Source: Eledone cirrhosa (lineage: Eukaryota). Taken from it: a stretch of 64,000 nt of DNA. The stretch covers positions 252,216,001 through 252,280,000 of the forward strand of contig OZ024741.1 of assembly GCA_964016885.1 (NCBI GenBank), read 5' to 3'. Numbering within the stretch: position 1 is the stretch's first letter; each line of letters opens with the position of its first letter. The notes under the pieces were generated by a model, which searched no databases, was not told the origin of the DNA, and worked only from the letters and a program-made list of their open reading frames with translations. Shown one piece after another: positions 13,941 to 25,595 of the stretch. A program made the translations under genes and the position numbers.

Positions 13941-14552
13941 CATGGTGGCTGCCAACTCGTTTTCGAGTACGGCCATTACTTTATATCCATGTAGGAGAAT
14001 GCCTACCGATGCGCTGAACGAGTGTGACTTTTTAGTCCAGCCAGCGACTTGAAAACTCTGGTACAAACACTACACTTGTGACAATTATTGACACATAGTG
14101 CTGGGCCCATGGTACCATGTGACGACAAGTGCAGAAAGATCTCCAGATACAAAGCAATGCCTGTCCCGTGAAGCTTTTATAGTGAGCAAAGGCACTGCAC
14201 AAAGCCAGTCCCACTCTCTTAACCAAGATGATGTCAGGTCACCAGTTGGTGCTACTGGTAACATGTATCCCAGTACAACCTGTCCCATGGTCGGGTCGTT
14301 GGCGACTAAACTGGCAACCCCACCAAGGTTTCTTGGTGAGTAGGGTGACTTTGGACATCCTGCAGGACTAAAAACAAAACCTGTCAAAGGGCAAAGGAGC
14401 TCTTAAGAGTCAATGGCCATCCAAAATCACCGGGAGAGATGACCCCTTAGCCTTTGTCAAGGCAGAATTCTAGGAGAAGGAAAACTCTGATATAAAACCT
14501 GCAACCCTGATGGTATCCAATGATGTTGACTTGTTCTTCTTTTTGGTAAATA
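13941..14552 (-). mobile_element. Family X copy with inverted 5' segment
   Basis: 13941-14232 is the reverse complement of the 3' half and 14233-14552 is the forward 5' half, relative to the 11760 copy. Confidence 0.8.
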
Positions 14553-14572
14553 TATATACATACATATATATA

Positions 14573-14622
<50 letters not shown>

Positions 14623-14655
14623 CGTATATATATACAAACATATATATACATATAT

Positions 14656-15036
14656 ATCATCATCATATCATCATCATCATTTTACGTCCGCTTTTCCCTG
14701 TTTGCAAAGTTAGGACGGGTCCTATTCAGCACAGCATCTCTCCACTTGTCACGGTCCTTCGTCATCTCCACCCTGAGCTTCAGCGATCTGAGGTTGTTCT
14801 CACCACCTCCGCCCATGTTTTTCGTGGTCTACCTCTACCACGTCTTCCTTCAACTGGCATTTCCTGGCACTTCTTCACCCATCGGTCATCCTCCATGCGC
14901 ATCACATGTCCATACCACCTCAGTCTCCTCTCTCGCACACTACATTCTATCCCTCTCAGACACAGTTTCTCTCTCAACACATCCAATGCTGGGTCGTTCA
15001 CGCACATTGACATTGCACATCTAACAGAGCATGCTT
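14656..15036 (-). mobile_element. RTE LINE 3' fragment (short-3'UTR subfamily)
   Basis: Near-identical to 5872-6224, with a (GAT)n tail. Confidence 0.93.
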
Positions 15037-15041
15037 ATATA

Positions 15042-18000
15042 CATCATCATCATCATCATCATCAACGTTTAACGTCCGTGTTCCACGCTTGCATGGGTTT
15101 GGACGGGGGTAGTCCCACTTGAGGCAAGAGTGATTGTCTTGCTCACATAGGACTGTCTGGCAGGTTTTCTACAGTTGGATGCCCTTCCTAACACCAACCA
15201 CATTTACAGTGTGGGTCTGGGAGGTTTTTACCGTGTTGCCTACACGGCCACATTACAGCGTGGACTGTGTGTTTTTTTGTCGTGACACCTACACGATCTC
15301 ATTTGTTTCGGCCTGGATGGCGCGGCACCAACATAACTTTACATAGAACGGGGTGGTGTGGATGGGGTGGGGGTGGTGGCGGGACGGGGTGTATTTTGTT
15401 AGAGATGCCTACTGGCAAGGCGGGTCTTCTCTGTTACTGAGTACCGCCAAAGGTCTCGGTCCAGTGACATTGTCTTGGAGAGGTGTAAGTGTGTGAGGTC
15501 GGAGTTTATCAGCTCATCCCATGTTTTTCTAGGTCTGCCTATTCCGTGGCTACCGTCTATCTTTATTGCCCTGCACTTTGTTATACAGCTATCGACTTTC
15601 ATGCGCATCACGTGTCCATACCAACGCAGCCTTCTCTCGAGTAAACAACATCTGATCCCTCTTATCTCTAATTTTTTCCTTAGTTCGTTTATGCTTTGCC
15701 GTTCACGTATATTACTGTTACACATCCAGCGAAGCATGCAAGCTTCATTCCTCTCTAGTCTGCGTATATCCTCTGCACACAATGCCCAGGTCTCACTACC
15801 ATGCAACATTGCTGTTCGTATGCAGGCATCGTACAACCTGCCTTTCATTTTTAGGGAGAACCCTTTAGCAGCTAATAGTGGTATAAGCTCTCTGAACTTT
15901 TTCCAACCAGTTCTGACTCTAGCTACAGTACTTTCAGAGCACCCTCCCCCACTGCTGATTTTATCGCCCAGGTAACGGAAGCTGTCCACTATTTCTATAG
16001 AACCCTCTGCGCAATTGAAAGAGCTAGTATTTTGTGGGCACTTGCTGCTACTTATTGCACCAGAACACCGGCCACATGTAAAATCTATGTTCTTAGTTAG
16101 CTTACCTGTGATCCCACTACATCTTTTATGCACCCATACTTTGCATTTAGGACATAAAATGGAGTTTCTACCTACGCCTTTCCTACACACCGAGCACGAC
16201 CATTTCCCAGAAGGGACCGCCGCCTTGTTTTCTTTCCTACAAACTAGAACTTTGGTCTTAGCCAGGTTAATTTTAAGTCCTTTTGACTCTAGGCCGTGCT
16301 TCCATGTTTGGAATTTCTTCTCTAGCTCGGCCATTGATTCCGCTATGAGTGTCAGGTCGTCTGCGTATAGGAGTTCCCATGGGCAGCCTGTCTTGAACTC
16401 CTCTGTTATAGCCTGAAGGGCAATAATAAATAGTAGGGGGCTGAGAACAGAGCCCTGATGGACGCCAACTTTTACGCTAAACTCTTCACTATATTCGTTG
16501 TTAATTCTAACCTTGCTGACTGTTTCTTTATACATGGCTTGTATAGCCCTCACAAGCCATTCGTCAACGCCTAGTTTTCTAAGAGCCCACCAGATAATGG
16601 AGCGGGGGACTCTGTCGAAGGCTTTCTCCAGGTCGACAAAAGCTAAGTAGAGGGGTCTACCTTTAGCTAGGTACTTCTCCTGTAGTTGTCGTACTATGAA
16701 AAGGGCGTCTGTGGTGCTTTTGCCTGACACAAACCCGAACTGCATTTCATCTAGGTCAATTCTCTCTCTGATTAGTTGCGCTATTACTTTTTCCGTGACC
16801 TTCATGACCTGGTCGATTAATTTAATGCCTCTATAGTTACTCCTATCTAGGGCGTCTCCTTTACCCTTATAACAGTTAACGATGATGCTGCTATGCCAGT
16901 CCTTCGGAACAACCCCATTCTGTACGACTTGGTTAACTATGCGGGTGACCATGGTGTGTCCCACCGTGCCAGATGCCTTCAGCATCTCAGCAACTATTTC
17001 CGAAGGCCCAGCCGCCTTACCCGTCTTCATATCCTTGATTGCCTTACTTATTATACTTCCCTCGACTAACACTGCTGGTCCCTCTATCGGGTCGATATGG
17101 GGGAGACTGTCTTTCTCCCATTTATTCTCCTCATTTAGTAGCCTTTCATAGTGACACTTCCAAGCTACCTTCTTATCAGTGTCGGTGATGGCAAGTATGC
17201 CATCATCGTTAAGTACACACTTCTCCCCGACAATATCACGGTTTTCCTTGACGCATTGCCTGGCAATCCTGAACACCTCACGTTTTTGGTCATCGCGTTG
17301 TAGAACATGCTTGAACTTTCTTTCCTCAGCTTCCCTTCTTGCTAAGTACACTTCTCTCCTAGCTTCCCTCCTGGCCACTTGATAGTCTACTCTACTTCCC
17401 CCATCCCGCCATACTTTCCAAGCCTGCTTTTTGGCCTTAATTGACCCCTCCACCCTACTGTTCCACCACCAAGTTACTCTCCTCCTACCTACAGGCCTGC
17501 TCCAACCACAGACTTCGTCTGTCGCCAACAGCAGGTTTGCTTTCAGAAATTCCCACTGTCCCTCTATATTGTCCGATTCTAGATGCTCTTCCTTACTGTC
17601 GAAAGCATCAAGTAATATGCTTTGAAATTTATTTCTGGCTGTGGGGTCCTTTAGTTTCCATATTTTCCTCCTGAGGATAGTCCTCTTCTGCTGTCGAGTA
17701 CGTCTCGTCCTGACTATGAGGTCGCTAATTATCAGTTTATGTTGGGAGGTGCATTCTTCATGGGGGAGGGATTTAGTGTTTACAACAGACACTCTGTCAC
17801 GTCTTCTGGTAAGGATATAATCTACCTGGCTTGTGTGTTCCCCTGATCTATAGGTGATCAGGTGATTGTCACGTTTTTTGAAGTTAGTGTTACAGATAGT
17901 TAGGTTATTTGCATCACAGAATTCCAGGATTCTGGAGCCTTCCTCATTTCTAGTACCAAACCCATAGCCTCCATGGATTTCGTCGTAGCCGTCACAATGT

Positions 18001-18579
18001 TGTCTAACGTGACCATTTAGGTCGCCTGCAATAATTATATAGTCACTGTCAGATATTTGGGAGGTAGTTAGCAACAGTGTCTCATAGAATCTGTCTTTTA
18101 TAGTGCCGGGCAGTCCGGATTGGGGTGCGTACGCAGATATTACTGTCACCGTAGTTTTATTGAGGACAAGTCTTATTTTAATTATTCTGTCGTTCACTCT
18201 ATTTACGTCTATTATCTTATCTGCCCACTTTTCTGCTACCATGATTCCTACTCCACCCAGCCCATCGTCGTTTCCCACCCAGAAAAGCTTATAACATCGT
18301 TTTTTACCCTCAATGAATCTAGCAGACCCACCCCTCCACCTGGTCTCTTGAATACAACAAACATCGACCTCCTTACGTTCAAGCATTTCTACAACCTCGT
18401 TAGCGCGACCCTTTAGGGTGCCCACATTTATGGTACCAACTCTGAAGTTTTGGGTTGCGTTTGGAGGGTGGGGGTGGTGGGGGGCGGGGGGAGATAGGGT
18501 TACGTTAGCCATCCGCGGACGAAACAAAGAGGAGTGCTCGCATTCTCGTCCACGAGGTGAATTTGACTTTAACTTTGGG
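15042..18579 (-). mobile_element. Near full-length RTE-clade LINE
   Basis: Single APE-RT ORF, about 350-bp 3' UTR and (GAT)n tail. The 5' end abuts (TA)n. Confidence 0.96.
15399..18527 (-). CDS. RTE ORF: APE endonuclease, reverse transcriptase and inserted PHD-type finger (1042 aa)
   Basis: APE motifs TINVGTL, IQETRW, SAYAPQ, GDLNGH, QVDYIL. RT motifs NYRGIKL, QFGF, FVDLEKAFDRVPR, GVHQGSVLSPLLF, LLYADD, FRYLG. No internal stops. Confidence 0.96.
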   Translation of the reverse strand: MFRPRMANVTLSPPAPHHPHPPNATQNFRVGTINVGTLKGRANEVVEMLERKEVDVCCIQETRWRGGSARFIEGKKRCYKLFWVGNDDGLGGVGIMVAEKWADKIIDVNRVNDRIIKIRLVLNKTTVTVISAYAPQSGLPGTIKDRFYETLLLTTSQISDSDYIIIAGDLNGHVRQHCDGYDEIHGGYGFGTRNEEGSRILEFCDANNLTICNTNFKKRDNHLITYRSGEHTSQVDYILTRRRDRVSVVNTKSLPHEECTSQHKLIISDLIVRTRRTRQQKRTILRRKIWKLKDPTARNKFQSILLDAFDSKEEHLESDNIEGQWEFLKANLLLATDEVCGWSRPVGRRRVTWWWNSRVEGSIKAKKQAWKVWRDGGSRVDYQVARREARREVYLARREAEERKFKHVLQRDDQKREVFRIARQCVKENRDIVGEKCVLNDDGILAITDTDKKVAWKCHYERLLNEENKWEKDSLPHIDPIEGPAVLVEGSIISKAIKDMKTGKAAGPSEIVAEMLKASGTVGHTMVTRIVNQVVQNGVVPKDWHSSIIVNCYKGKGDALDRSNYRGIKLIDQVMKVTEKVIAQLIRERIDLDEMQFGFVSGKSTTDALFIVRQLQEKYLAKGRPLYLAFVDLEKAFDRVPRSIIWWALRKLGVDEWLVRAIQAMYKETVSKVRINNEYSEEFSVKVGVHQGSVLSPLLFIIALQAITEEFKTGCPWELLYADDLTLIAESMAELEKKFQTWKHGLESKGLKINLAKTKVLVCRKENKAAVPSGKWSCSVCRKGVGRNSILCPKCKVWVHKRCSGITGKLTKNIDFTCGRCSGAISSSKCPQNTSSFNCAEGSIEIVDSFRYLGDKISSGGGCSESTVARVRTGWKKFRELIPLLAAKGFSLKMKGRLYDACIRTAMLHGSETWALCAEDIRRLERNEACMLRWMCNSNIRERQSINELRKKLEIRGIRCCLLERRLRWYGHVMRMKVDSCITKCRAIKIDGSHGIGRPRKTWDELINSDLTHLHLSKTMSLDRDLWRYSVTEKTRLASRHL

Positions 18580-18605
18580 TATATATATATATATATATAT
18601 ATATA

Positions 18606-19423
18606 CGAGGTGTGTCAGAAAAGTTCCAGGACAAATGTCACAAAAGATTTATTTCAAACCCAAACTTCACACTAAGAGTTTTCTCCTTCAAAGTATTCCC
18701 CTGGAGTATGAAACTGTAATCTTAGCTCTCTGCAGCGATCAAACTTTTTTCTTCCTAATTTTATATACATGTCCTCTGTTTCAGGTCGTCAAGCAATGAG
18801 CACAGAGCAACGAACAAACTTGAAGTTTCTGGTACGGTTGGGGAAAACTCCGTCAGAAGCACTGGGATTGCTGCAGAAAGTGTATGGAGATGAGACAATG
18901 TCATGCTCACGTGTTTTTGAGTGGTGCAAGATGACCCTAGGAGCGGAAGGCCCTCAACAACCAGGACTGAGATCAATGTTGAGCGTGTCAGGCAGATGGT
19001 GCATAGCGATCATCGGCTGACTGTTCGACTGATGGCAAATGAGCTGGCCATGAATCGGGACAGCGCCTGGAAGATTCTCACTAAAGATTTGGACATGCGG
19101 AAAGTCTGCGTGAAGATGGTGCCAAAACTGCTGAACAATGACCAGAAGGATCAACGCATACAAGTGTGCCAGGACATCCTCGAGCGTCTTGAAACCGAAC
19201 CAGACTTGCTAGGGACAGTCATCACCAGTGATGAGTCATGGATCTTCAAGTATGACCCGGAGGGGACCCGTTTTGAAGACGTGGGCGACATCAAAAAGGC
19301 CGTGACAATGGAACTGCAGAGGATCCCGGAAGAATCCTTCCATGAGAAAACTCTTAGTGTGAAGTTTGGGTTTGAAATAAATCTTTTGTGACATCAGTCC
19401 TGGAACTTTTCTGATACACCTCG
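18606..19423 (+). mobile_element. Internally deleted mariner transposon
   Basis: 80-bp TIRs (18606-18685 and 19344-19423) with TA flanks. Transposase remnants EQRTNLKFLVRLGK, DDPRSGRPST, MVPKLL and ITSDESWIFKYDPE are followed by a deletion of most of the catalytic domain. Confidence 0.95.
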
Positions 19424-19512
19424 TATATATATATACATATATATATACATACATATATATATACCAGTAATAATAAGTAGGGACGAGTTGTCAAATTATC
19501 ATTAAGTTTATT

Positions 19513-19605
19513 CAGATGTGACATGCGTTTCACGATTGATCAGCTCAAGGTTCGATCTCTATCAATCAGGCCTGACTTTGGAATCAAAAGCTCATCAGAC
19601 TTCTG
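19513..19605 (-). ncRNA. Type I hammerhead motif with long helix II insert
   Basis: CAGAAGU-CUGAUGA-(about 60 nt, containing GAUUGAU/AUCAAUC)-GAA-AC(GCAU)GU-C^ACAUCUG. The core is fully canonical. Confidence 0.7.
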
Positions 19606-20086
19606 TTTGCTTATATATATCATCAGCAGCAGCTGCACTATCTGCATCATTAACATCTATTTTCAAGATTTGCAAAGGCTACACAGGTTATCATTTTCTG
19701 AAGCATTTTTGAATTTTGACCTGATTTCTAGGGCTGAATGTCTTTCTTAACTTTAACCACTTTATAGTGTGTACTGGCAGATTTTATTATGGCACCATCA
19801 TTGCCACCCTACAGGGTCAACTAGATGTTTTTATCATGGCACCAGCACTACCATTTTACAGAGTGGATTGAGTGTGTTTTATTGTGTCAATTAACACATA
19901 CACACACACACGAACACACATATATATATATATATATACTTTAATTGCTGCTCTGTAATACATCTGATGTATTTACATTGAGCTAATTTTCATACTGGTA
20001 ATAAGGTGGTAAAAAATAACAAAATACTGACCTTTCCTATTTATAATTATATATAGTTTAAATATAAGTTTAAATAATATTATTAT

Positions 20087-20280
20087 GTGGATTGGCAGTA
20101 TCGGTAGAGGGTCGGACGCCATGCTTTCCAGCATAGTTACATCCCTTTGCGGTGTGAGTTCAAATCCTGCCGAAGTTAACTTTGCCTTTGATCCTTACGG
20201 GGTCGATAAAATAAAGTACCAGTAATCTACTGGGTAATTGATGGCCTTGTGCCAAAAATAAAAACAATTATTATTATTAT
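20087..20280 (+). mobile_element. tRNA-derived SINE (Nin-domain-type family)
   Basis: GAGTTCAAATCC followed by GCCTTTGATCCTTACGGGGTCGATAAAATAAAGTACCAG and an (ATT)n tail. Confidence 0.88.
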
Positions 20281-20289
20281 ATATACACT

Positions 20290-21107
20290 AGAAGAGGAAG
20301 ACCAAGGTTAACGTATGTTGATGCCCTAAGGACAGACACTGGTCTGTTGGAGATACAGGACATGGCAGCGATAATGAGGGACAGAGACCACTGGAGAGAA
20401 CTCGTCCATGGATCTCGGGAATTTTACCCACCTTAGATAGATAGATATATATATAAATATGTGTGTGTGTGTACAGCCCATCCTGTAAAATGGTCGTGTT
20501 GTTGAGACATGACAAAAAGCAGTTTGTCCAACCTGTAAGGTGGTCAGGCTGGTGACATGATGAAAAAGGACTCAGTCAAACCCGTCAGTTGGTCATTTTG
20601 GTGCTACGATAAAAATCACCCAGTCCACTCTGTAAATGTGGTTGGCATTAGTAAGGGCACCCAGTTAGAGAAATAAAGCCAGAAACAGTTCTGTATGAGC
20701 AAGACACGGTCATCTTATTTGACTTGTCTCATAATGGGACAACTCAACTAACCCATACTGCTGTTTAAAATAGATATTAAATGGTGATGATGTTGCTACA
20801 TACACGCCCCCCCCCCCCCCCCCCCCCATATATATATAAATATATATAAATATTTGGTTTGAACATGTGATGCACAGGGACAATGATTGTTGGGAGAAGT
20901 TCCAGGAAATACCAGTGGAAGAAAATTGCAGTAGAGGTAGACCAAGAAAGACCCCGGCTGAGTTTGTGAAAGATGACCTAAAATTACTGAGACTCAGAGG
21001 TGATGACAAAGGTTTACGACATGTGAAGGGATGATGTGCTGACAAGGTCCTGTCCAACCCATGCAAGCATAGAAAAGCAGACTTAAATTTGATGATGATG
21101 ATGATGA
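20290..21107 (+). mobile_element. Several old RTE 3'-end and 3'UTR fragments
   Basis: Degenerate RGRPR-coding segments, a motif resembling gttggtgttaggaagggcatccag, and a (GAT)n tail at about 21091-21107. Confidence 0.7.
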
Positions 21108-21929
21108 CAAGTATGTATATATACATGACATGTATGAAGGAATGAGAAAAAATGCTTACAGAGTTTAAAACTAGGATCCTCAATGGATAGATAACTGATC
21201 ATTAGAATCCTTCTTAATAGTAAAATAGAAACCAATATTGTGCTAAGATGTGATGGTTTATTACTTACATTTGCTGTAAATATATAAAACTTAATACAAA
21301 ATAAATTTGACTGTTCCGAACAACACATAGTTAATGCAATGTTGGTTAAATTTTAAATAAACAGCTTTCTTCTAATTTTACGCTCTCTACTTCACTTTCC
21401 CCTCCTCTTGATACATGGCTCTGTTTCTCTATCTCTCTATTCCCCTTTCTCTTACTTTTTCTCTCTCATATTTTTGGTGCATACACCAAACTCCCTATTT
21501 TCATTTCCCCTTTTCTCTCCCCATCTCCCTGTTTATTTTTTATTTCTCTTTATTTCTCTTTATTTCTCTTTATCTCTCACACTCTCTATGTCTCTCTCAC
21601 TTAGAACAACAATTGAGTTTCTATGAGGAACAGAAAAGGATTTGTTAGGAAAGTTATAAGTGTGAGAAAATGGGGGAGGTTAAAATGAGAAATACATAGC
21701 AAGAAACAGAGATAGAGCATAAAGTGAAAGAGAGAGTTTATTTATAAAGATTATGCTCAGCAAGTAGATACATAATGTATATTATTTGATTGGATTATAT
21801 GTTGTGTGTGCGCGCATGTGTGTGTGTATGTATGTATGTATAAGCACATATCTATCTGTGTGTGTCTGTACATAGAAACATCAAAGTATCAGACAAAATG
21901 CTTTGTCACATTTAGGTGCTGAATTATAA

Positions 21930-23370
21930 AAGGTGAAGATTGGTGCTTAAATAGTTCATTGTTTTACGATCGTTTCAGAAGGTTGATTGATCATGATAGA
22001 TCTATATATTGACTAATTGATAGTGGTCATGCCACAATACTTATTAGTCATTGTATCAATTAATCAGGTTATGAAAGTGACAGATAGAGTGCTAGCACAA
22101 CTAATTAGAGAAAGAGTCAAATTAGATGAGATGTAGTTTGGTTTTGTGCCTGGGAAGAGTACAACAGATGCCTTCTTCATAGTGTGAAACAACTACAAGA
22201 GAGGTTCTTAGAGAAGAATAAGAGCCACTATATTTAGCTTTTGTTGACTTAGAGAAGGCCTTTGATAGAGTACCCTGATCTGTCATCTGGTGGTCCCTAA
22301 GGAAACTATGTGTAGAGGAATGGATTGTGAGGACTGCAAGTTATGTACAGAGGAGCTGTCAGTAAAGTGAGAGTAGGAATGGGGTTTAGTGAGGAATTTC
22401 AGATTCAAGTAGGAGTTCATCAGGGTTCGGTCCTCAGCCCACTCTTATTCATTATAGATGCCATAACAGAATCAGTAGAGGAGTTAGGGAATAAATTCCG
22501 GCTATGAACCTAGCAAAGACTAAAGTGTTGATAGGTAGGAAAGAGGACAAAACTCTGATTCCATCAGGGAAATGGCCATGTTTGATATGTAGAAAAAGAG
22601 TTGGCATAAACTCTATAGAATGTACACAATACAGATCTTGGGTACACCAGAGCTGTAGTGGGATAGCAGGCAAACTAATAGGGAGGGAAAATTTCATATG
22701 TGGTAGATGTTCAAGGAAATTTGATAGTAGAAGTGTGTCAGCGATAGGCACATTTTTCAAATGCAGGTAGGATCTATAGAGGTGGTTGATAGCTTCTGAT
22801 ACCTAGGTGATCAGATTAGCAAGGGAGGAGGGTTCTCCGAGGCCATAGCATCTAGAATAAGGACAGGATGGAAGAAGTTTAGGGAGCTGCGTCCTCTGTT
22901 AACAATAAAGGGTTTCTCCCTACAAACTAAATGTCGATTATATGATGTCTGTGTGTGATGTGTGATGCTGCATGGGCAGCAACTGCGGAGGATATGTGAC
23001 GACTGGAGAGAAATGAAGCAAGTATGCTCCGAAGGATGTGCAATGTCAATGTGTATGAACAACCAAGCATGGATGAGTTGTGAGTAAAACTGTGTATAAG
23101 AGGGACAAGTTGTAGTTTGCAGGAGAGAAGATTGCATTGATATGGACATGTGATGTGCATGGAGGTCGACCGCTGTGTGAAGAAGTGCCAAGAAATCCCA
23201 ATAGAAGGAAGACGCAGTAGAGGAAGACCATGAAAGACATGGGCAGAGGTGGTGAGAGCAGACCTCAGATCGCTGAAGCAAGCGGGTCGTGACTAATGGA
23301 GAGATGCTGTGCTGAAGAGGACCCATCCCACCCTTACAAGCAGGGAAAACGGATATAAAATGATGATGAT
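21930..23370 (+). pseudogene. Decayed RTE RT, PHD and 3' end
   Basis: FVDLEKAFDRVP, GVHQGSVLSPLLF, NLAKTKVL and GKWPCLICRK, with stops and frameshifts. Ends in a (GAT)n tail. Confidence 0.9.
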
Positions 23371-23738
23371 ATATATATATAGAGATAGATAGATAGATAG
23401 ATAGAGAGAGGGGGAGAGAGAGTGTGTGAGAAAGAGGCAAACTGGCAGAGACATTAGAACATTGGAAAGAATGCTTCACAGTAATTTTACCGACTCTCTG
23501 CTCTCTCAGTTCAAATCCTATTAAAGTCAACTTTGCTTTTCATCTGTTCGAGATCTAAAACTAAGGTTCCATATTATATATATATACACACACATGTTTT
23601 TAAAATGTACTCCTACTAAGGCTTCTTAGCTTGATTTTCTCAATTACTCAATTATTATTGTGATATTGGCGTTAGGATAACTACATTTGAAATTATCCTA
23701 TTAAATCAACAGAATTGTTTATATATATATATATATAT

Positions 23739-24218
23739 ATATTGTTATACTTTGGGAGGGTCATGTTGCCAATAAGAAACACACGCACCAGTTGCTTTTA
23801 CTTCAATTTATTATAATAAATTTATAAATTTAGGAATTTATAAATTTCCGGTTGGTTGGTTGGTTCCACAACCAGATGATTGTTTATATATTGTCAAAGT
23901 TCTTTCGTCACACATTCTGTGACCTCTTCAGTGACTGGGGATTCTTTTCTTTGTTTTTGTGCCTCTCTTTGTTCTGTCCTACGCCATCTTGTTTTTGTGT
24001 GTATTGTGTGCTTAGTTTGCGCATGTGTTACATGTGGAACCAACCAACCAACCGGAAATTTATAAATTCCTAAATTTATAAATTTATTATAATAAATTGA
24101 AGTGAAAGCAACTGGTGCATGTGTTTCTTATTGGCAACATGACCCTCCCAAAGTATAACAATATCGGTTTCAACACACGTTTTCAGATAAAGAATCTTGC
24201 TAAACAAATTCAGAAACG
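23739..24218. mobile_element. Fold-back repeat family C, copy 2; hammerhead motif at 23893-23935 (-)
   Basis: About 130-bp inverted arms. Motif GUCA-CUGAAGA-G-GUCACA..UGUGAC-GAAA-GAAC-UU^UGAC. Confidence 0.78.
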
Positions 24219-24294
24219 ATATATATATATATATACGTACCCATGAAAATCATTTCGAAAACAAACTTTATATATATATATATATATATAAAAA

Positions 24295-24733
24295 CGGAAA
24301 AAATGAAACGAAATTTCATATATAAGTATGTACACGTACATACATATATGTATACAGACGTACAGTAGTATGTATATATATACATACATGCACACATATA
24401 TACATGTACGTATGGATTCACCGAACATTTATTATAATGCTTGGTGTGTTTGTAAACAAACATCCCGTTCAACAATCTGGCAGGAAGATATATGTTGCTG
24501 ACGATAGCTAATAAGCTTGAAACTAGTACAGCGTTCCTTTGTCAGTGTTGAACAAACGAGCAACGATGGTTGCTAGACACTATGGCTTAATACGGGATGT
24601 TTGTTTACAAACACACCGAGCATTATAATAAATGTTCGGTGAATCCATACATACATGTATATATGTGTGCATGTATGTATATATATACATACTACTGTAC
24701 GTCTGTATACATATATGTATGTACATGTACATA

Positions 24734-24740
<7 letters not shown>
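24295..24740. mobile_element. Fold-back hammerhead-bearing repeat (family B), copy 1
   Basis: About 150-bp inverted arms (about 24318-24468 and 24590-24740) around the ribozyme. Homologous to 45151-46043. Confidence 0.82.
24492..24534 (+). ncRNA. Minimal type I hammerhead ribozyme (family B)
   Basis: AUGUUG-CUGACGA-U-AGCU(AAUA)AGCU-U-GAA-ACUAGU-A^CAGCGU. Confidence 0.8.
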
Positions 24741-24782
<42 letters not shown>

Positions 24783-24893
24783 GGGGATGGTTTGTTCTTA
24801 CACTAACACTGATATGGCAGCCCAAATAAAATCTGTCCTCTATTTTCTATTTTCTGTTTGATTTCACCGTAATCCTGTTATCTTAAATAACTA

Positions 24894-25205
24894 ATTGCCT
24901 AGGTCTTGTGTCATGATGAAATTGCCTAGGTCTTGTTTCATGATGAAATTGCCTAGGTCTTGTGTCATGATGAAATTGCCTAGGTCTTGTGTCATGATGA
25001 AATTGCCTAGGTTTTGTGACATGATGAAATTGCCTAGGTCTTGTTTCATGATGAAATTGCCTAGGTCTTGTGTCATGATGAAATTGCCTAGGTCTTGTTT
25101 CATGATGAAATTGCCTAGGTCTTGTTTCATGATGAAATTGCCTAGGTCTTGTGTCATGATGAAATTGCCTAGGTCTTGTGTCATGATGAAATTGCCTAGG
25201 TCTTG
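24894..25205. repeat. 27-bp minisatellite, about 11.5 copies
   Basis: Unit attgcctaggtcttgt(g/t)tcatgatgaa. Confidence 0.97.
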
Positions 25206-25560
25206 CGTCTTGATTGGATGATGAAACTGGACCATTGGAATAAGCATAGTGTTTACACAGTATTAACATTTTAAATAAAATTCCAGTCCTGACTTCTGTT
25301 GTTTTTTAATGAATATTTAACTCCGTTCTTGCACCAGCCAAGGGATAACATAGCTACAATGGAGGATTTGCATAACATTGAGTGCTTAAATGTGTTGCAT
25401 CATTGTTTACTAACCAGAATCACTAGTTCTACTTATACATATACACACATATATATACAGTATATATATATATATAGTTAAAACAGAAAATAAAAACAAT
25501 AGCGAAGAGTGTAGTTCAAAGTGTTAGTATTAGGTTTACGCTTGAGAGTGGGGGGTGGGG

Positions 25561-25595
25561 GACGACGTTTCGGGCACAAGCCTTTCCTCAGGAGA
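25561..25595 (-). ncRNA. Degenerate minimal hammerhead motif
   Basis: CUGAGGA-AAGGC(UUGU)GCCC-GAAACGUC. Helix I pairs poorly. Confidence 0.45.

Noticed and set aside
15475-18416. Plus-strand ORFs overlapping the RTE copies (also at 36-38 kb and 58-61 kb)
   Set aside because: They are antisense shadows of the RT frame with no independent motifs.
24894-25205. Tandem C/D snoRNA array (ATGATGA box C in each unit)
   Set aside because: There is no box D (CTGA) and the unit is only 27 bp.
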